In this document: piece by piece, positions 25,379 through 34,583 of the stretch
Position numbering within the stretch: position 1 is the stretch's first letter
Layout: every line of letters begins with the position of its first letter
From: a virus
Lineage: Duplodnaviria > Caudoviricetes
Virus record (IMG/VR): IMGVR_UViG_3300021411_000012
Coordinates: 1 to 47,176 of that record
Reading direction: 5' to 3' (one strand)
Length of the DNA stretch: 47,176 bases
The notes under the pieces: model-generated
The model's input: the letters and a program-made list of their open reading frames with translations, nothing else
Told to the model about the DNA's origin: nothing
The model's database searches: none
Program-made: the position numbers and the translations under genes

Positions 25379-26401
25379 TCAATCTCCTATCTTGTCAAGG
25401 AACCAAGCCGCCGAAGCAGCGAAGGTACGGTCCGCGATCGCGGATCTGGCTTTGAGCGCAGCCTCTTCACGCTCAAGATCATGGGCGAGCCACCAATCGA
25501 GGAGTGGCCGCACCTCTCCCGGTTCCGTGAACGTCGGGAGCATCGGGAACAGCTCATCGGATTCGGGTCGTGGGTCCCGCAGGAAGAACAGGCCGCACGC
25601 AGCGAGCTCCACTTCACGTGGGCCCATCGCCCAGCCACCCTCGAATGGGCCGCTCACAATGTCTCGGCGGTAGAAGTTCAGCGACGATTTCGCCGAGCGG
25701 TAGAGGTCAGCGGCCTCAGCGTTGTCGATACACCAATCCTTACGGTGTGCGAGCAACGGGCTTAATGGCGACTCATCCGGTAACGACACCCAGCTCCCCG
25801 CCAACTTCACCTCGAGGCCCTCGAAGTCGACTGCCTCGAAGAACTCGACGCGGGACGGGAACCCGGTACCGACGAACGCGAAGTCGCACGCCTTGTCCGG
25901 GTCGGCTGGTCCGGGATGGTGGCGCCGCGGGTTGTAGGCGTGCGGCACGTAATAGGTGTCTTTGCAGTTCCTGCGGAACGCTTCGAGGTTGGTCGGGTCG
26001 TTGACGATGCAGAAATCTGCGAAGGCGGCCTGCTGTATCTGCCGGTCGTCTTCGTATGGGGATTCGGTGAACAGATAGACGATCTTGTGGCCCCGGCTCC
26101 GCATCGTCGCAACAGTCTCAGCTGGCACGAAGAATCCTGATGTGATGAGCACAACATCAGGCCAGAACTCGTAACACGCAGCGAGCATCGTCTTGGCTGC
26201 GAGTCGAGTCGCGGCATCACGCGAGAACGCGTGCTTGAGTTCGCCGTCCTTGTCGATCTGCGCGGAGGCATAGAAATCGAGGCGGTCATCGAAGTTGAAG
26301 TCGGCAACCGTGACACCGCATTCTCGTAGCCCGTCACGCCAACCGAAGGCGACGTCTTGAACGCTGAAGCTCGGGCCGGGACGAATGAGAAGAACGCGCA
26401 T
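25379..26401 (-). CDS. Glycosyltransferase, GT-B/CgeB-like (Glyco_trans_1_2)
   Basis: ESPYED, DFAFVGTGFPSR, LYRSAK.SLN and GPREVELAACG; start at ATG 26401. Confidence 0.85.
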   Translation of the reverse strand: MRVLLIRPGPSFSVQDVAFGWRDGLRECGVTVADFNFDDRLDFYASAQIDKDGELKHAFSRDAATRLAAKTMLAACYEFWPDVVLITSGFFVPAETVATMRSRGHKIVYLFTESPYEDDRQIQQAAFADFCIVNDPTNLEAFRRNCKDTYYVPHAYNPRRHHPGPADPDKACDFAFVGTGFPSRVEFFEAVDFEGLEVKLAGSWVSLPDESPLSPLLAHRKDWCIDNAEAADLYRSAKSSLNFYRRDIVSGPFEGGWAMGPREVELAACGLFFLRDPRPESDELFPMLPTFTEPGEVRPLLDWWLAHDLEREEAALKARSAIADRTFAASAAWFLDKIGD

Positions 26402-26802
26402 CAGGTTGTCACGATCATCTCGAACGCCCCACCGAAATAGCCGTACGCTGCGATCTCCTCGATACCAAGCGGCCGGTATCGCACAATCCGGGCGTTCACA
26501 CCCGCCAGGCCCAGGCTCTTGTTGTTCGCGATCGCCAGCCACAACGACTTGTCGCCCGTATGAGATGCGTACTCGTACAACGAACCCTGCCCGACACGGG
26601 CCGTGGTGCGCGAGACGAGCACCACAAGATCGAACGGGACTTCCATCGACCCGTACCCGAACGTCTCCTCGGTGATCTCACCGAGGATGAGGATCGCAGC
26701 GGGCGGGTTGATCGAGTCGGGTACATAGTCGAAGGCGCGGAGCCCAATCACATTTTCGGCAACGTCCGCGATACCACTCGCGATTTCAGCGACGGTTGCC
26801 AT
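26401..26802 (-). CDS. Tail terminator/head-tail joining protein
   Basis: GLRAFDYVPDSINPPAA motif and position. Confidence 0.7.
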   Translation of the reverse strand: MATVAEIASGIADVAENVIGLRAFDYVPDSINPPAAILILGEITEETFGYGSMEVPFDLVVLVSRTTARVGQGSLYEYASHTGDKSLWLAIANNKSLGLAGVNARIVRYRPLGIEEIAAYGYFGGAFEMIVTT

Positions 26803-27416
26803 CAGGCCAGCAGCACCGCGACATTGGGCCGCCGATACGGGCCGAGCAGACCAACGACGTCAGGATCCTCGAAACGGGAGATCCGTGCCGGACCGAAATC
26901 AGCGAACCCGCCAATCACACCTTCCACGGAATCCTTCCGCTTGAACAGCTTCGCTGCTTTGATGAGAGTCGCCTGCCGTACCGCGTCAGGAACAGCAGCC
27001 CAACCCCACGCAGCAGTGACCTGTACAGCTGGCCGGCTGGCCTGTGGGAACGTCCGGGCGTTCGTCGCCACGATCCGGGAGTACGGCCATGTCTGCCCGC
27101 CGAGAAGCCCGTTGAGCGGCTCGAGATAGAAGTCGGTGTTGATGGTCCATGTCGACTCGTAGGTGCCGTCAGCGCCATAGTCGAGTTTCACGATGAGGGC
27201 TGTCGTCTCCCAGAAGTCGTCGACCATGCAGTCATAGAGTCCGGCCCGGAACACACGGGCTGTGGGCGACGCGAGAGCCGTCTTGTCGAACGACCGTCCG
27301 CAATACTCGACGACGGCTTGACTCCCGGCCGCTGCTGCCGCCGAGATCCCGGTCGCGTCTTCCGTATCGTGGATTCCCAGGTAGGCGCCCAGATCCGTGT
27401 CGGCGATGATCGGCAT
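26802..27416 (-). CDS. Head-tail connector (gp6-like)
   Basis: YCGRSF...VQVTAAWGWAAVPDAVRQATLI.A..LFKR...DPDV..LL.PYRR. Confidence 0.85.
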   Translation of the reverse strand: MPIIADTDLGAYLGIHDTEDATGISAAAAAGSQAVVEYCGRSFDKTALASPTARVFRAGLYDCMVDDFWETTALIVKLDYGADGTYESTWTINTDFYLEPLNGLLGGQTWPYSRIVATNARTFPQASRPAVQVTAAWGWAAVPDAVRQATLIKAAKLFKRKDSVEGVIGGFADFGPARISRFEDPDVVGLLGPYRRPNVAVLLA

Positions 27417-27952
27417 CAGACCTCCACGATTCCGAGCCCGTTGCAGTGCTCATGATTCGTCCATGTCAAGTCATGCTGAGCACAGAACGCTTCGATGGCT
27501 CGCTTCACCGGGAACGGCACCGAAGGACCGATGAGCTCCGGGTATTCCAGCTCGGTGTCATGCAAAAGGATCCGGCCACCCGCACGAACGCGAGGCAGGT
27601 ACAACTCGAGTTCCCGCAGGGTGTGTTCGTAAGCGTGGCTGGTGTCTATGAACACGATGTCGACCTCGTACGGGAGTTGCGCGAGAACTCCGGGGGAGCA
27701 GTCGTCGCCCTGTACGAACGTCCAATGTTCACAACCCTCGATCGGAGGGGCCGGTGAAACATCGACCGCCCAGAGATGCCCACGGTTTTCGAGGGCATAC
27801 AGCCATGCGATGGTGCTCACCCCGGAACGGCTCCCAAGTTCGATGACTTGGCTAGCGTCGAGTTCTACGACAAGTTCAACGAACGTGCCGAGGTGGCCTT
27901 GCACGTCGGTCGGTTGGGTGGCGACCTCTTCGTAGATCTCGGTGAGTGTCAT
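27416..27952 (-). CDS. Class I SAM-dependent methyltransferase (Methyltransf_24-like, probably a sugar O-methyltransferase)
   Basis: VIELGSRSGVST, IVFIDTSHAYE and GGRILLHDT; start at ATG 27952. Confidence 0.85.
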   Translation of the reverse strand: MTLTEIYEEVATQPTDVQGHLGTFVELVVELDASQVIELGSRSGVSTIAWLYALENRGHLWAVDVSPAPPIEGCEHWTFVQGDDCSPGVLAQLPYEVDIVFIDTSHAYEHTLRELELYLPRVRAGGRILLHDTELEYPELIGPSVPFPVKRAIEAFCAQHDLTWTNHEHCNGLGIVEV

Positions 27953-28293
27953 CAGCCCCTCCACGGCCATGCCCCGGGGATACTCGACTCTGCGATGACG
28001 CTCGCGGGTGTCGGCCCCTCGAATGCCCATACACGGACCGACTCGCCTTGGAACTCGATCTCGCCACCGATGCCGCATTGCTTGACGCCATCGGTGCCGA
28101 CGTAGTACCCACACCACTTGCACAGCCAGCGGCGCACATGCCGAAGATCATCTTTGCGGTCGGCCCAGCCGCCATGCGGTTTCCAGGTACCCACCGCTTC
28201 ACACTTCGGGCAACGCATCCGGTCGCGGAGTCTGGTCAGGCGAGCGAGATGATCAACGACCTCGAAACCGAGCGTGTTGAGAATCGGCTTCAA
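27952..28293 (-). CDS. Zn-ribbon protein within the glycosylation cluster
   Basis: CPKC...WLCKWCG; TTGA-coupled start. Confidence 0.6.
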   Translation of the reverse strand: MKPILNTLGFEVVDHLARLTRLRDRMRCPKCEAVGTWKPHGGWADRKDDLRHVRRWLCKWCGYYVGTDGVKQCGIGGEIEFQGESVRVWAFEGPTPASVIAESSIPGAWPWRG

Positions 28294-28934
28294 TGTCTCC
28301 CCGATCCTTCGTACACGATCCACGGGTTCTGGGAATACGTGCCGGGGATCGTCTCGGGACGTAGGCCCATCTCACGGAACACGACGGGCTGCGACACCTG
28401 ATCCTGATACGACCAGTGTTCACATTCGCTCAACCACGACTGCCCAAACATCATCATCGGACCCGTGTGCCGCCGAGCAATGAGCCCGGTCGCCCACAGT
28501 CCCCAATGTGTCGGATGCCCACGCGACTGGTAATCCCGAATCTGCTGTTCGAGCGGCTCACCGAGGTACTTGACAAGAGGGACCGACGCCAGTACCTCTT
28601 CGTAGATGCAGTCCCGGTCCCAATGCACGAACTGTGCTATCGGATCAGCAAACCCCAGGGCGTCACGAACGAACGTGGGGGACGAGATCCGAAACGACGC
28701 GTCCACCCAGACGGAACAGTCGGCGGTGGTGTACCGCCATGGGCACATCTTCGGTGCTTTCGCCGCCCGATTCGGATGCACCCCTAGGCGTGGTTCGTAG
28801 ACAACCCGCCACCCCTCACAGGCGAGGTCAGGATCGTCCGTCACACAGACCGCATCGACTCCTACGTCCTGTAGGGCGAACGGCTTGAGCGAGTCATAGG
28901 AGTCGTACACGGCTGTGACCAGCGCCGCGTTCAC
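28290..28934 (-). CDS. DUF616/TOD1-MUCI70-like glycosyltransferase
   Basis: TAVYDSYDSLK, VCVTDD, SVWVDAS, H.DRDCIYEE and QDQVS motifs. Confidence 0.8.
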   Translation of the reverse strand: MNAALVTAVYDSYDSLKPFALQDVGVDAVCVTDDPDLACEGWRVVYEPRLGVHPNRAAKAPKMCPWRYTTADCSVWVDASFRISSPTFVRDALGFADPIAQFVHWDRDCIYEEVLASVPLVKYLGEPLEQQIRDYQSRGHPTHWGLWATGLIARRHTGPMMMFGQSWLSECEHWSYQDQVSQPVVFREMGLRPETIPGTYSQNPWIVYEGSGRH

Positions 28935-29737
28935 TGGTAGTAGGCGATCGTCTCGTCAAGCCGCCACGGCCAAGGGTTAGAACAGCGTGGACTTTCGGCG
29001 ATGACCGTCGCGTCTTTGGGTTCCCCAGGGCGCATCGGGAGATGCACCAGCCGTGACGACGAGTTGGTCGCCTCGATCACTGTCCGGGCCGCGTCGAGCA
29101 CGGTGGTTGGTTTCCCGGTCCCAGCCTCAAGGAGCTGTCCGTAAGGCCCGGCAAGAGCGTCGACCAGAACTTCGGCAACATCATCCACGTATACGAGGTC
29201 GATGATCTGTTCACCGGACCCGTAGATCTCGATATCTGCGCCGGCGAGAGCCCGACAGATGAATGACGGCATGATCTTGCGGACTGTGCCATGCCCGAAC
29301 GGAGGGGTTGCTTTCTGCCCTGGGCCGTAGACGTGGTACGCACGCACAACGTTGATCTTCTCGGCCCGGTACTGGGCTCGAGCAAGCCCAAGTTCTTCGG
29401 CCGCGGCTTTCGTGATCGCGTACGGATTGGGTTGACCTTTATGCCCGGTACCGATCTGCACGACTGGGATCCCGCGATGGAAGGCTGCGTCGTAGACGTT
29501 GACGGCTCCACCGATGTTGACGTCGACTGCTGCGCGTTCCGCACCGAAGATCTCGGTGGTGCCAAGAGCACCTGCGAGGTGGATGACTCCGGTCGCGCTC
29601 GTGAACATCGATTCGAGTTCGCCACGATCACGAACATCGCGAGGATGATCGAACGGGATCACCGTCTCGCCGCGTGCCTTCAGCACTCGGGTGACGGCAG
29701 TGCCAATGAATCCGGCTGAACCGGTAACGACGATCAT
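28931..29737 (-). CDS. NAD-dependent nucleotide-sugar epimerase/dehydratase
   Basis: VVTGSAGFIG, IHLAG, YAITK (YxxxK), VYGPGQ and DLVYVDDVA. Confidence 0.92.
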   Translation of the reverse strand: MIVVTGSAGFIGTAVTRVLKARGETVIPFDHPRDVRDRGELESMFTSATGVIHLAGALGTTEIFGAERAAVDVNIGGAVNVYDAAFHRGIPVVQIGTGHKGQPNPYAITKAAAEELGLARAQYRAEKINVVRAYHVYGPGQKATPPFGHGTVRKIMPSFICRALAGADIEIYGSGEQIIDLVYVDDVAEVLVDALAGPYGQLLEAGTGKPTTVLDAARTVIEATNSSSRLVHLPMRPGEPKDATVIAESPRCSNPWPWRLDETIAYYQ

Positions 29738-31095
29738 CGGGTACTTGCCTTGAGGCGCTGCTTGAAAAGCTTGGCGTCTTCGTCGGCGTGTACCTGGCCG
29801 AGCTTGTAGACATCATCGTTCGCACCCTTACCCCACGCTGGGTGAAGATGCTCGACCTTCGACGCGAGCGCCATTCCCCAGACGCCACGTTGCTTCGCTG
29901 CGGTGACGATCTCGTCATCGACATACCAATGTCGGTAGCCCTCGTGGCAGACACTCTTCGGGCCGTCCCACGATGCGCCTTGCTCATCGACATACGCACG
30001 GGCGATCAGCATGTGGGTCGCGTGTTCACCACGGGTGACCCTCGGGTTGCCGAGGTCGTTGGTACCGATGACCTGCGCGCCGGTCGCTTTCGCGATGTGC
30101 TGCGCATGGTCGAGCCAACCGGCATGGAACCGGACGTCATCACCAACGATGAACAGCCACGGCTCGTCGGAGAGCTGGTACCCGACGTTGATCTTCTCGG
30201 CGAACGTATGCGCGTTGTCGCGGATGACGACATGGGCCCCGGCCGTTTCCCATGCCGTCGCGGTTTCCTCGTCGTCGTTCTCGACGATCACATACGCGGC
30301 TGCGAGTCCGGTTGAGGCTCGCAAGCTTCGCATGAACGGCTCGGCGTTCTGCGGCCGGTTCAGGACCGGGACAAGGACTGCCGTGTGCTCCGTGGCGATA
30401 GCGGGAACGACCTGCGCCCAGTAGTCCGGTTCCCCAACCCACACATTCTTGAGATGGTTGGTCTTCACCCCGGTATGAACATGGACCGGGATACCGAGCG
30501 CACCTGCCCGGTAACAGAACGAGATGTCTTCGGAGTTGTAACCCTCGTCATTGTTGGGGATCCGGTCGTACCATGTGTCGCCGTACTCGTCGCGCATCTT
30601 CTCGAAGACCGTGCGGTGGATCAGGATGCACGCACATCCGGTCCCGTCGCAACGGGTGAGCGCGTTGATCGGGTATCCGGTCCGGCCTGCCATCTTCTGT
30701 TTGCCGTCGATCTCGGCCCAGTCGAAGATCGTGGGCCGTGCCGCGGTCCGGTAACCACCAAGCCCATCGGGCCCAACGTGCTTGTTCGCGAAACACAACG
30801 CCCCGACGATCGGGGTGTCGTCTTCATCGGCGACGGCGAGGAGACGTTCGAGGGTGTTCGGCTCGAAGCCCATGTCGTCATCGAGCCACAACAGCCACTC
30901 AGCATCTTTTTCGAGGAACATCGAGACGCACTTGTTGCGACCCTCGACAATCCCGAGCGGTTCGCAACGCAGCGAGATGTACCCGCCGCCGAGATGCTCA
31001 CCCTGGTCGTACATGACCATTCCGATCAGGGACTCGTGGAACGAGTACGCGGTGTGATCGGAGTGCAGGTACGCGACGGTTACCGCGTCAGCCAC
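29734..31095 (-). CDS. Two-domain GT-A (GT2-like) glycosyltransferase
   Basis: Domain 1: EWLLWLDDDM, TGCACILIHR, SEDISFC. Domain 2: VLVPVLNRP, IVGDDVRF, HWYVDDE. Confidence 0.88.
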   Translation of the reverse strand: MADAVTVAYLHSDHTAYSFHESLIGMVMYDQGEHLGGGYISLRCEPLGIVEGRNKCVSMFLEKDAEWLLWLDDDMGFEPNTLERLLAVADEDDTPIVGALCFANKHVGPDGLGGYRTAARPTIFDWAEIDGKQKMAGRTGYPINALTRCDGTGCACILIHRTVFEKMRDEYGDTWYDRIPNNDEGYNSEDISFCYRAGALGIPVHVHTGVKTNHLKNVWVGEPDYWAQVVPAIATEHTAVLVPVLNRPQNAEPFMRSLRASTGLAAAYVIVENDDEETATAWETAGAHVVIRDNAHTFAEKINVGYQLSDEPWLFIVGDDVRFHAGWLDHAQHIAKATGAQVIGTNDLGNPRVTRGEHATHMLIARAYVDEQGASWDGPKSVCHEGYRHWYVDDEIVTAAKQRGVWGMALASKVEHLHPAWGKGANDDVYKLGQVHADEDAKLFKQRLKASTR

Positions 31096-31195
31096 GGTTG
31101 ATCCGCCCGTACGCGGTCCACTTCTCGAGCGGAGGAATCATCTTCAGTTCGGCACGAGCCCCAAGAGCACGGAAGGCGCGCAGTAGCTCAGACAT
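31088..31195 (-). CDS. Small hypothetical protein (35 aa)
   Basis: MSELLRAFRALGARAELK...; overlaps both neighbours. Confidence 0.35.
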   Translation of the reverse strand: MSELLRAFRALGARAELKMIPPLEKWTAYGRINRG

Positions 31196-31418
31196 TCTTG
31201 CGGGGCCTTCCCGGGCCACGTCGCACCTCACCCGGGACCGCGGTCATTTCCTCAACCGCTGGACGCTCGAACGAATGTTCCAGCAATGTCGGGTCATCAT
31301 CCGTAAAGCATTCGGGATGAGCCCTGACAACCGGATGGTCCGCATCCCAGGGTTGGCCACGCCGGATCATCACGTTCGTTTCGATCCACACGTCACTTTT
31401 CGCTAACACGATTCGCAT
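31188..31418 (-). CDS. Small capsid-operon protein with an AT-hook-like tail
   Basis: DHPVVRAHPE.F...VEEMTAVPGEVRRGPGRPRK; GGAG RBS. Confidence 0.65.
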   Translation of the reverse strand: MRIVLAKSDVWIETNVMIRRGQPWDADHPVVRAHPECFTDDDPTLLEHSFERPAVEEMTAVPGEVRRGPGRPRKNV

Positions 31419-31440
31419 CTCGCTACTCCTTGTGTCGGGT

Positions 31441-31518
31441 GTATGGGGAGCGCGACCCGACGCCACGCCCCCCATACGCTTGGACGCGACGAAGGGACCA
31501 GGAAACCCCGGTCCCTTC
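31441..31518 (-). terminator. Two tandem hairpins downstream of the capsid/HNH genes
   Basis: gtatgggg...ccccatac and gaagggacc...ggtcccttc. Confidence 0.5.
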
Positions 31519-31549
31519 ACATTCGCGGTAGAACAGGTCGTCTAGCTAG

Positions 31550-31792
31550 CTAGCGACGCTCTATGTGTTCGGAAAGCGCGTCTACACGCTCGCGGAGGAT
31601 CCCCACTACGGAACGCACCTCCGCTACCAACTCCGGTGCACGATCAGCCGGCCGCACAACCTGCCCCTCAAGCTCACGGATCCGCGCATCCTTCGCGTCG
31701 AACAACGCGAGCAGGTCACGCAACTGCCCACGCGTCAGACTCCGATTCCACGCCTCGGCCCGCGACAGTCCCACGAGAGCATCACGATCCAT
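31550..31792 (-). CDS. Small coiled-coil protein
   Basis: GAGGTGA RBS; 80 aa. Confidence 0.55.
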   Translation of the reverse strand: MDRDALVGLSRAEAWNRSLTRGQLRDLLALFDAKDARIRELEGQVVRPADRAPELVAEVRSVVGILRERVDALSEHIERR

Positions 31793-31814
31793 AGGTCACC
31801 TCTCTCAGAGAGAA

Positions 31815-32363
31815 CTACGGCTGGCGCGCTAACGCCGCGCGTACTTCGTTCGGGTAATGCCCGACAACGAACGCCACCAGATCCGCTACGCGCTGGCCCT
31901 TCGGCTGAGCACCAAGCCCCGTCCAGATTTCGAGATTCTCCATCCGGTTGTCGTCCTTCACGCCATTGATGTGATGGACGCTCTCAAACGCTTCGAGGGG
32001 CCGACCGAGCTCGGCCTCCATGATGAGCCGATGCTCCATCGCGTACTTCTTGCGATCGGGTTGCCAGATGGAGATGTAGCCGCTGGGGGTAACCGTACGG
32101 CCAGGAGACAGCGACCGCTTCTCCCGTTTGCTGTTGATGTTCCCCGCCGGACCAGGGTCGCCATATTCACGTTGCCGGTCAAGATGGAGCCGACAGAACC
32201 CACGGCCCTTGACCTTGCGATCGCATCCCTCGACGGCGCATCTGGCGCCGATCGGGTACTTCTGGATTCGCTTGAAGATGAGCGGATCGCCATAGCGGCG
32301 CAACCGCTTGTAGTGCTTGACGCACAGCCCTTTCGCAAGAACCGGCAGATCGCATTCGTCCAT
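31815..32363 (-). CDS. Free-standing HNH endonuclease with two N-terminal Zn-finger repeats
   Basis: C..KGLC.KHY.R.RRYGDP twice; EHRLIME..LGRPL..E.VHHINGVKDDNRMENLE. Confidence 0.9.
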   Translation of the reverse strand: MDECDLPVLAKGLCVKHYKRLRRYGDPLIFKRIQKYPIGARCAVEGCDRKVKGRGFCRLHLDRQREYGDPGPAGNINSKREKRSLSPGRTVTPSGYISIWQPDRKKYAMEHRLIMEAELGRPLEAFESVHHINGVKDDNRMENLEIWTGLGAQPKGQRVADLVAFVVGHYPNEVRAALARQP

Positions 32364-32398
32364 GTGGTAAGGTGGGGGTCATGCCCCCACCTTACCAC
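32364..32398. promoter_or_regulatory. Perfect 15-bp hairpin abutting the HNH start codon
   Basis: gtggtaaggtggggg-tcatg-cccccaccttaccac. Confidence 0.75.
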
Positions 32399-32410
32399 TA
32401 GGACTGTTAC

Positions 32411-33829
32411 TCAGGTTTGGTTGAGCAGACGGAACCCGGCTGTATTGACCACGCCGCCGCCGATTCTTCCGTAGGCGAACCAACCTCGTTGGCCGGTGGG
32501 CCTATTGTTAGTCACGTCGAAGAGTGTCGGGACGAGTTCGACACTCATGCCGCTCCGTCGTGCAACCACGTAGTTCGACCAGTCACCAACCACCGCGACG
32601 TTCTGATGTGCGGTGGTAGCGGTGAAGTCCGCGAAGTACGGGGATTCGTAGACGGGACGTGCGAACAGTTCCTCAACCGCACCTGCCGGCAGGTTCACCG
32701 TGTACGCGTGGTACACGTTCGACGAACCAAACTGGCGGATACGGCCCATGACACCGACGTTCATCATCCACGCAGCACGCCGCCGATACTTCTGCGGCAG
32801 GTTCTTCCACGCGTTGTAGACATCCTCCTGGCCGAACTGGCCCGCGGTGGTAAGCAGCACCTCACTGCCAGCGGTCGCGTCGAGCGCGGTGACGACACCC
32901 ATCGGCTCACCAGTACCCGAACCGCGGCTGAACTTGTCAACCAGCAGTTCGTCGTAACCGGCGGCGAGAAGGCGTGCCATCTCGGACTGGAATCCAGGCC
33001 AGTCTTCCCCAACCTCGATCGAGTAGGGGATGAACCCGCGGGCCATGAACACGGTCACGGAAGGTTGCGCCAACGTGATCGAGTCATCCGAGGTCGCCGT
33101 GCCTTCAGCATCGAACGACCATGAGACACCAGCCGCACTCACACCCTTCCAGGCGTTCGTGTTGATGGTCTCCTGGCGAGCCAGCGTGAGGAACGGGTTG
33201 TCGGTCTCCTGGTCCGTCAAGATCACCGAAGGGTCGATGAACACGGGGATCGCGAAACCACCGTGAGTTGTCGCGCCTTCATCTTGGGCACGGAACTCGT
33301 TGAAGCGGAGTAGCGCCTCATGCTCTTCGTGGGTGTAGATCGGTGACGGTGTGGTCGTCGCCTTCATGAACGCCGAGCGGTACGCGTCGTTTTCGGTGAC
33401 GAGCACACGCCGAGCGATCTGCGGGTTCGACCGCACCAGCTTGTCCATCACATCCTGTTGATGTGGGGACAGGATGAAGTTCTGTTCCCGGTCGCTAAGG
33501 ATGCGTAGAGCACCATCACGGGCTTCGCGGTAGTCCATGCGGGTCACGTCGCGGCCGAGATACTCATCGGCCGGCTTGCGAACCTCTGGCATACCGCTGA
33601 TCTCGCGGAACACGTTCTTTTTGATCTCCTCGGCGCGAGCGGCACGCTCCTCGAGCTTCCGGTACTCGGGCTCGATCGCGTCGTGCTCGTTGACGAGATC
33701 CTCGTAACGTTCCGTCTGTCCCTCATCGAGAACGCCTTGCTCGGTCAGGTTCAGGATCTCGGAACGCAGATCCGTGAGCTTGTCACGCAGTTCGACAAGG
33801 CGCGGTAGGGGCTTCGCCTCTTCAGGCAT
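32411..33829 (-). CDS. Major capsid protein (HK97 fold, N-terminal delta domain)
   Basis: GGFAIP, GSGTGEP.G and GDWSNYVV.RR.G motifs; coiled-coil N-terminus. Confidence 0.92.
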   Translation of the reverse strand: MPEEAKPLPRLVELRDKLTDLRSEILNLTEQGVLDEGQTERYEDLVNEHDAIEPEYRKLEERAARAEEIKKNVFREISGMPEVRKPADEYLGRDVTRMDYREARDGALRILSDREQNFILSPHQQDVMDKLVRSNPQIARRVLVTENDAYRSAFMKATTTPSPIYTHEEHEALLRFNEFRAQDEGATTHGGFAIPVFIDPSVILTDQETDNPFLTLARQETINTNAWKGVSAAGVSWSFDAEGTATSDDSITLAQPSVTVFMARGFIPYSIEVGEDWPGFQSEMARLLAAGYDELLVDKFSRGSGTGEPMGVVTALDATAGSEVLLTTAGQFGQEDVYNAWKNLPQKYRRRAAWMMNVGVMGRIRQFGSSNVYHAYTVNLPAGAVEELFARPVYESPYFADFTATTAHQNVAVVGDWSNYVVARRSGMSVELVPTLFDVTNNRPTGQRGWFAYGRIGGGVVNTAGFRLLNQT

Positions 33830-33833
33830 TAGG

Positions 33834-34568
33834 TCACTCCTTCGAGTAAATGCCGCGCTGGGCGGAGAGGATGCGTCGCCGCATCTGCTCGAGCGCGGCG
33901 GGATCAGTGCTTATGGGACCCGAGGTGACCGGCTGGTCGGCGTCGGGGGTCTCGTCCGAGGTGACCGGCTGGTCGGCGTCGGACGGGGCTTCGGTTCGTG
34001 TCAGCTCGGCGGCAAGTCCACGCACAAGTTCGACACGTTGATCCTTGTCAAGATCCGCGAGGAGGGAACGAACCCCGACGGTGGTCGCCTCGTAGGCAGG
34101 AAACACGACCGGGCCGAGCTCAAACAGGTCGACCTCGCGGATCGTGCGGACCGGGATGTCGCCCGTCTCGTCCCACTCTTCACGCAACACACGGAACCTG
34201 AATGACATGCCGTCAATCGCGCCGGATTGGATCGCCTGGCGGATCGGCTCGACTCGAGGATTGTCGTGCAGACGTGCCCGGACAAACAGGCCGCGGCCGT
34301 CTTCTTGGAGATCTTCGACCTTCCCGATGGGTACAGAACCCGTAGGTCCATCGCGTCCGTGGTCGAACTGCAAGACAGGCGTCCGATCCCGGATCGTTTT
34401 CTTGAACGCACCCGGCGCGATCGTCTCATCGAACTGCCCTTCCCATGAATCAATACGCGTCGGTGTGTTGAATACCGCCGCATACCCCTCAAGGGTGAAC
34501 CCGTCACCATGGTCGGCGCGCGACTCGAACGGGGCGGCACGACACACATTGTTCAGCGGAGCTTTCAT
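33834..34568 (-). CDS. HK97-family prohead protease
   Basis: LEGYAAVFN, ETIAPGAF, FDHG, GMSFRF and ELGPVVFPAY. Confidence 0.93.
   Translation of the reverse strand: MKAPLNNVCRAAPFESRADHGDGFTLEGYAAVFNTPTRIDSWEGQFDETIAPGAFKKTIRDRTPVLQFDHGRDGPTGSVPIGKVEDLQEDGRGLFVRARLHDNPRVEPIRQAIQSGAIDGMSFRFRVLREEWDETGDIPVRTIREVDLFELGPVVFPAYEATTVGVRSLLADLDKDQRVELVRGLAAELTRTEAPSDADQPVTSDETPDADQPVTSGPISTDPAALEQMRRRILSAQRGIYSKE
33921..33982. repeat. 26-bp direct repeat with 36-bp period (encodes PDADQPVTS-like unit twice)
   Basis: cgaggtgaccggctggtcggcgtcgg at 33921 and 33957. Confidence 0.8.
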
Positions 34569-34583
34569 TTAACTCGGCCTCCA

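Noticed and set aside
33921-33982. CRISPR-like repeat-spacer unit
   Set aside because: Only two copies with a 10-bp gap, in frame within the protease linker; no cas genes.
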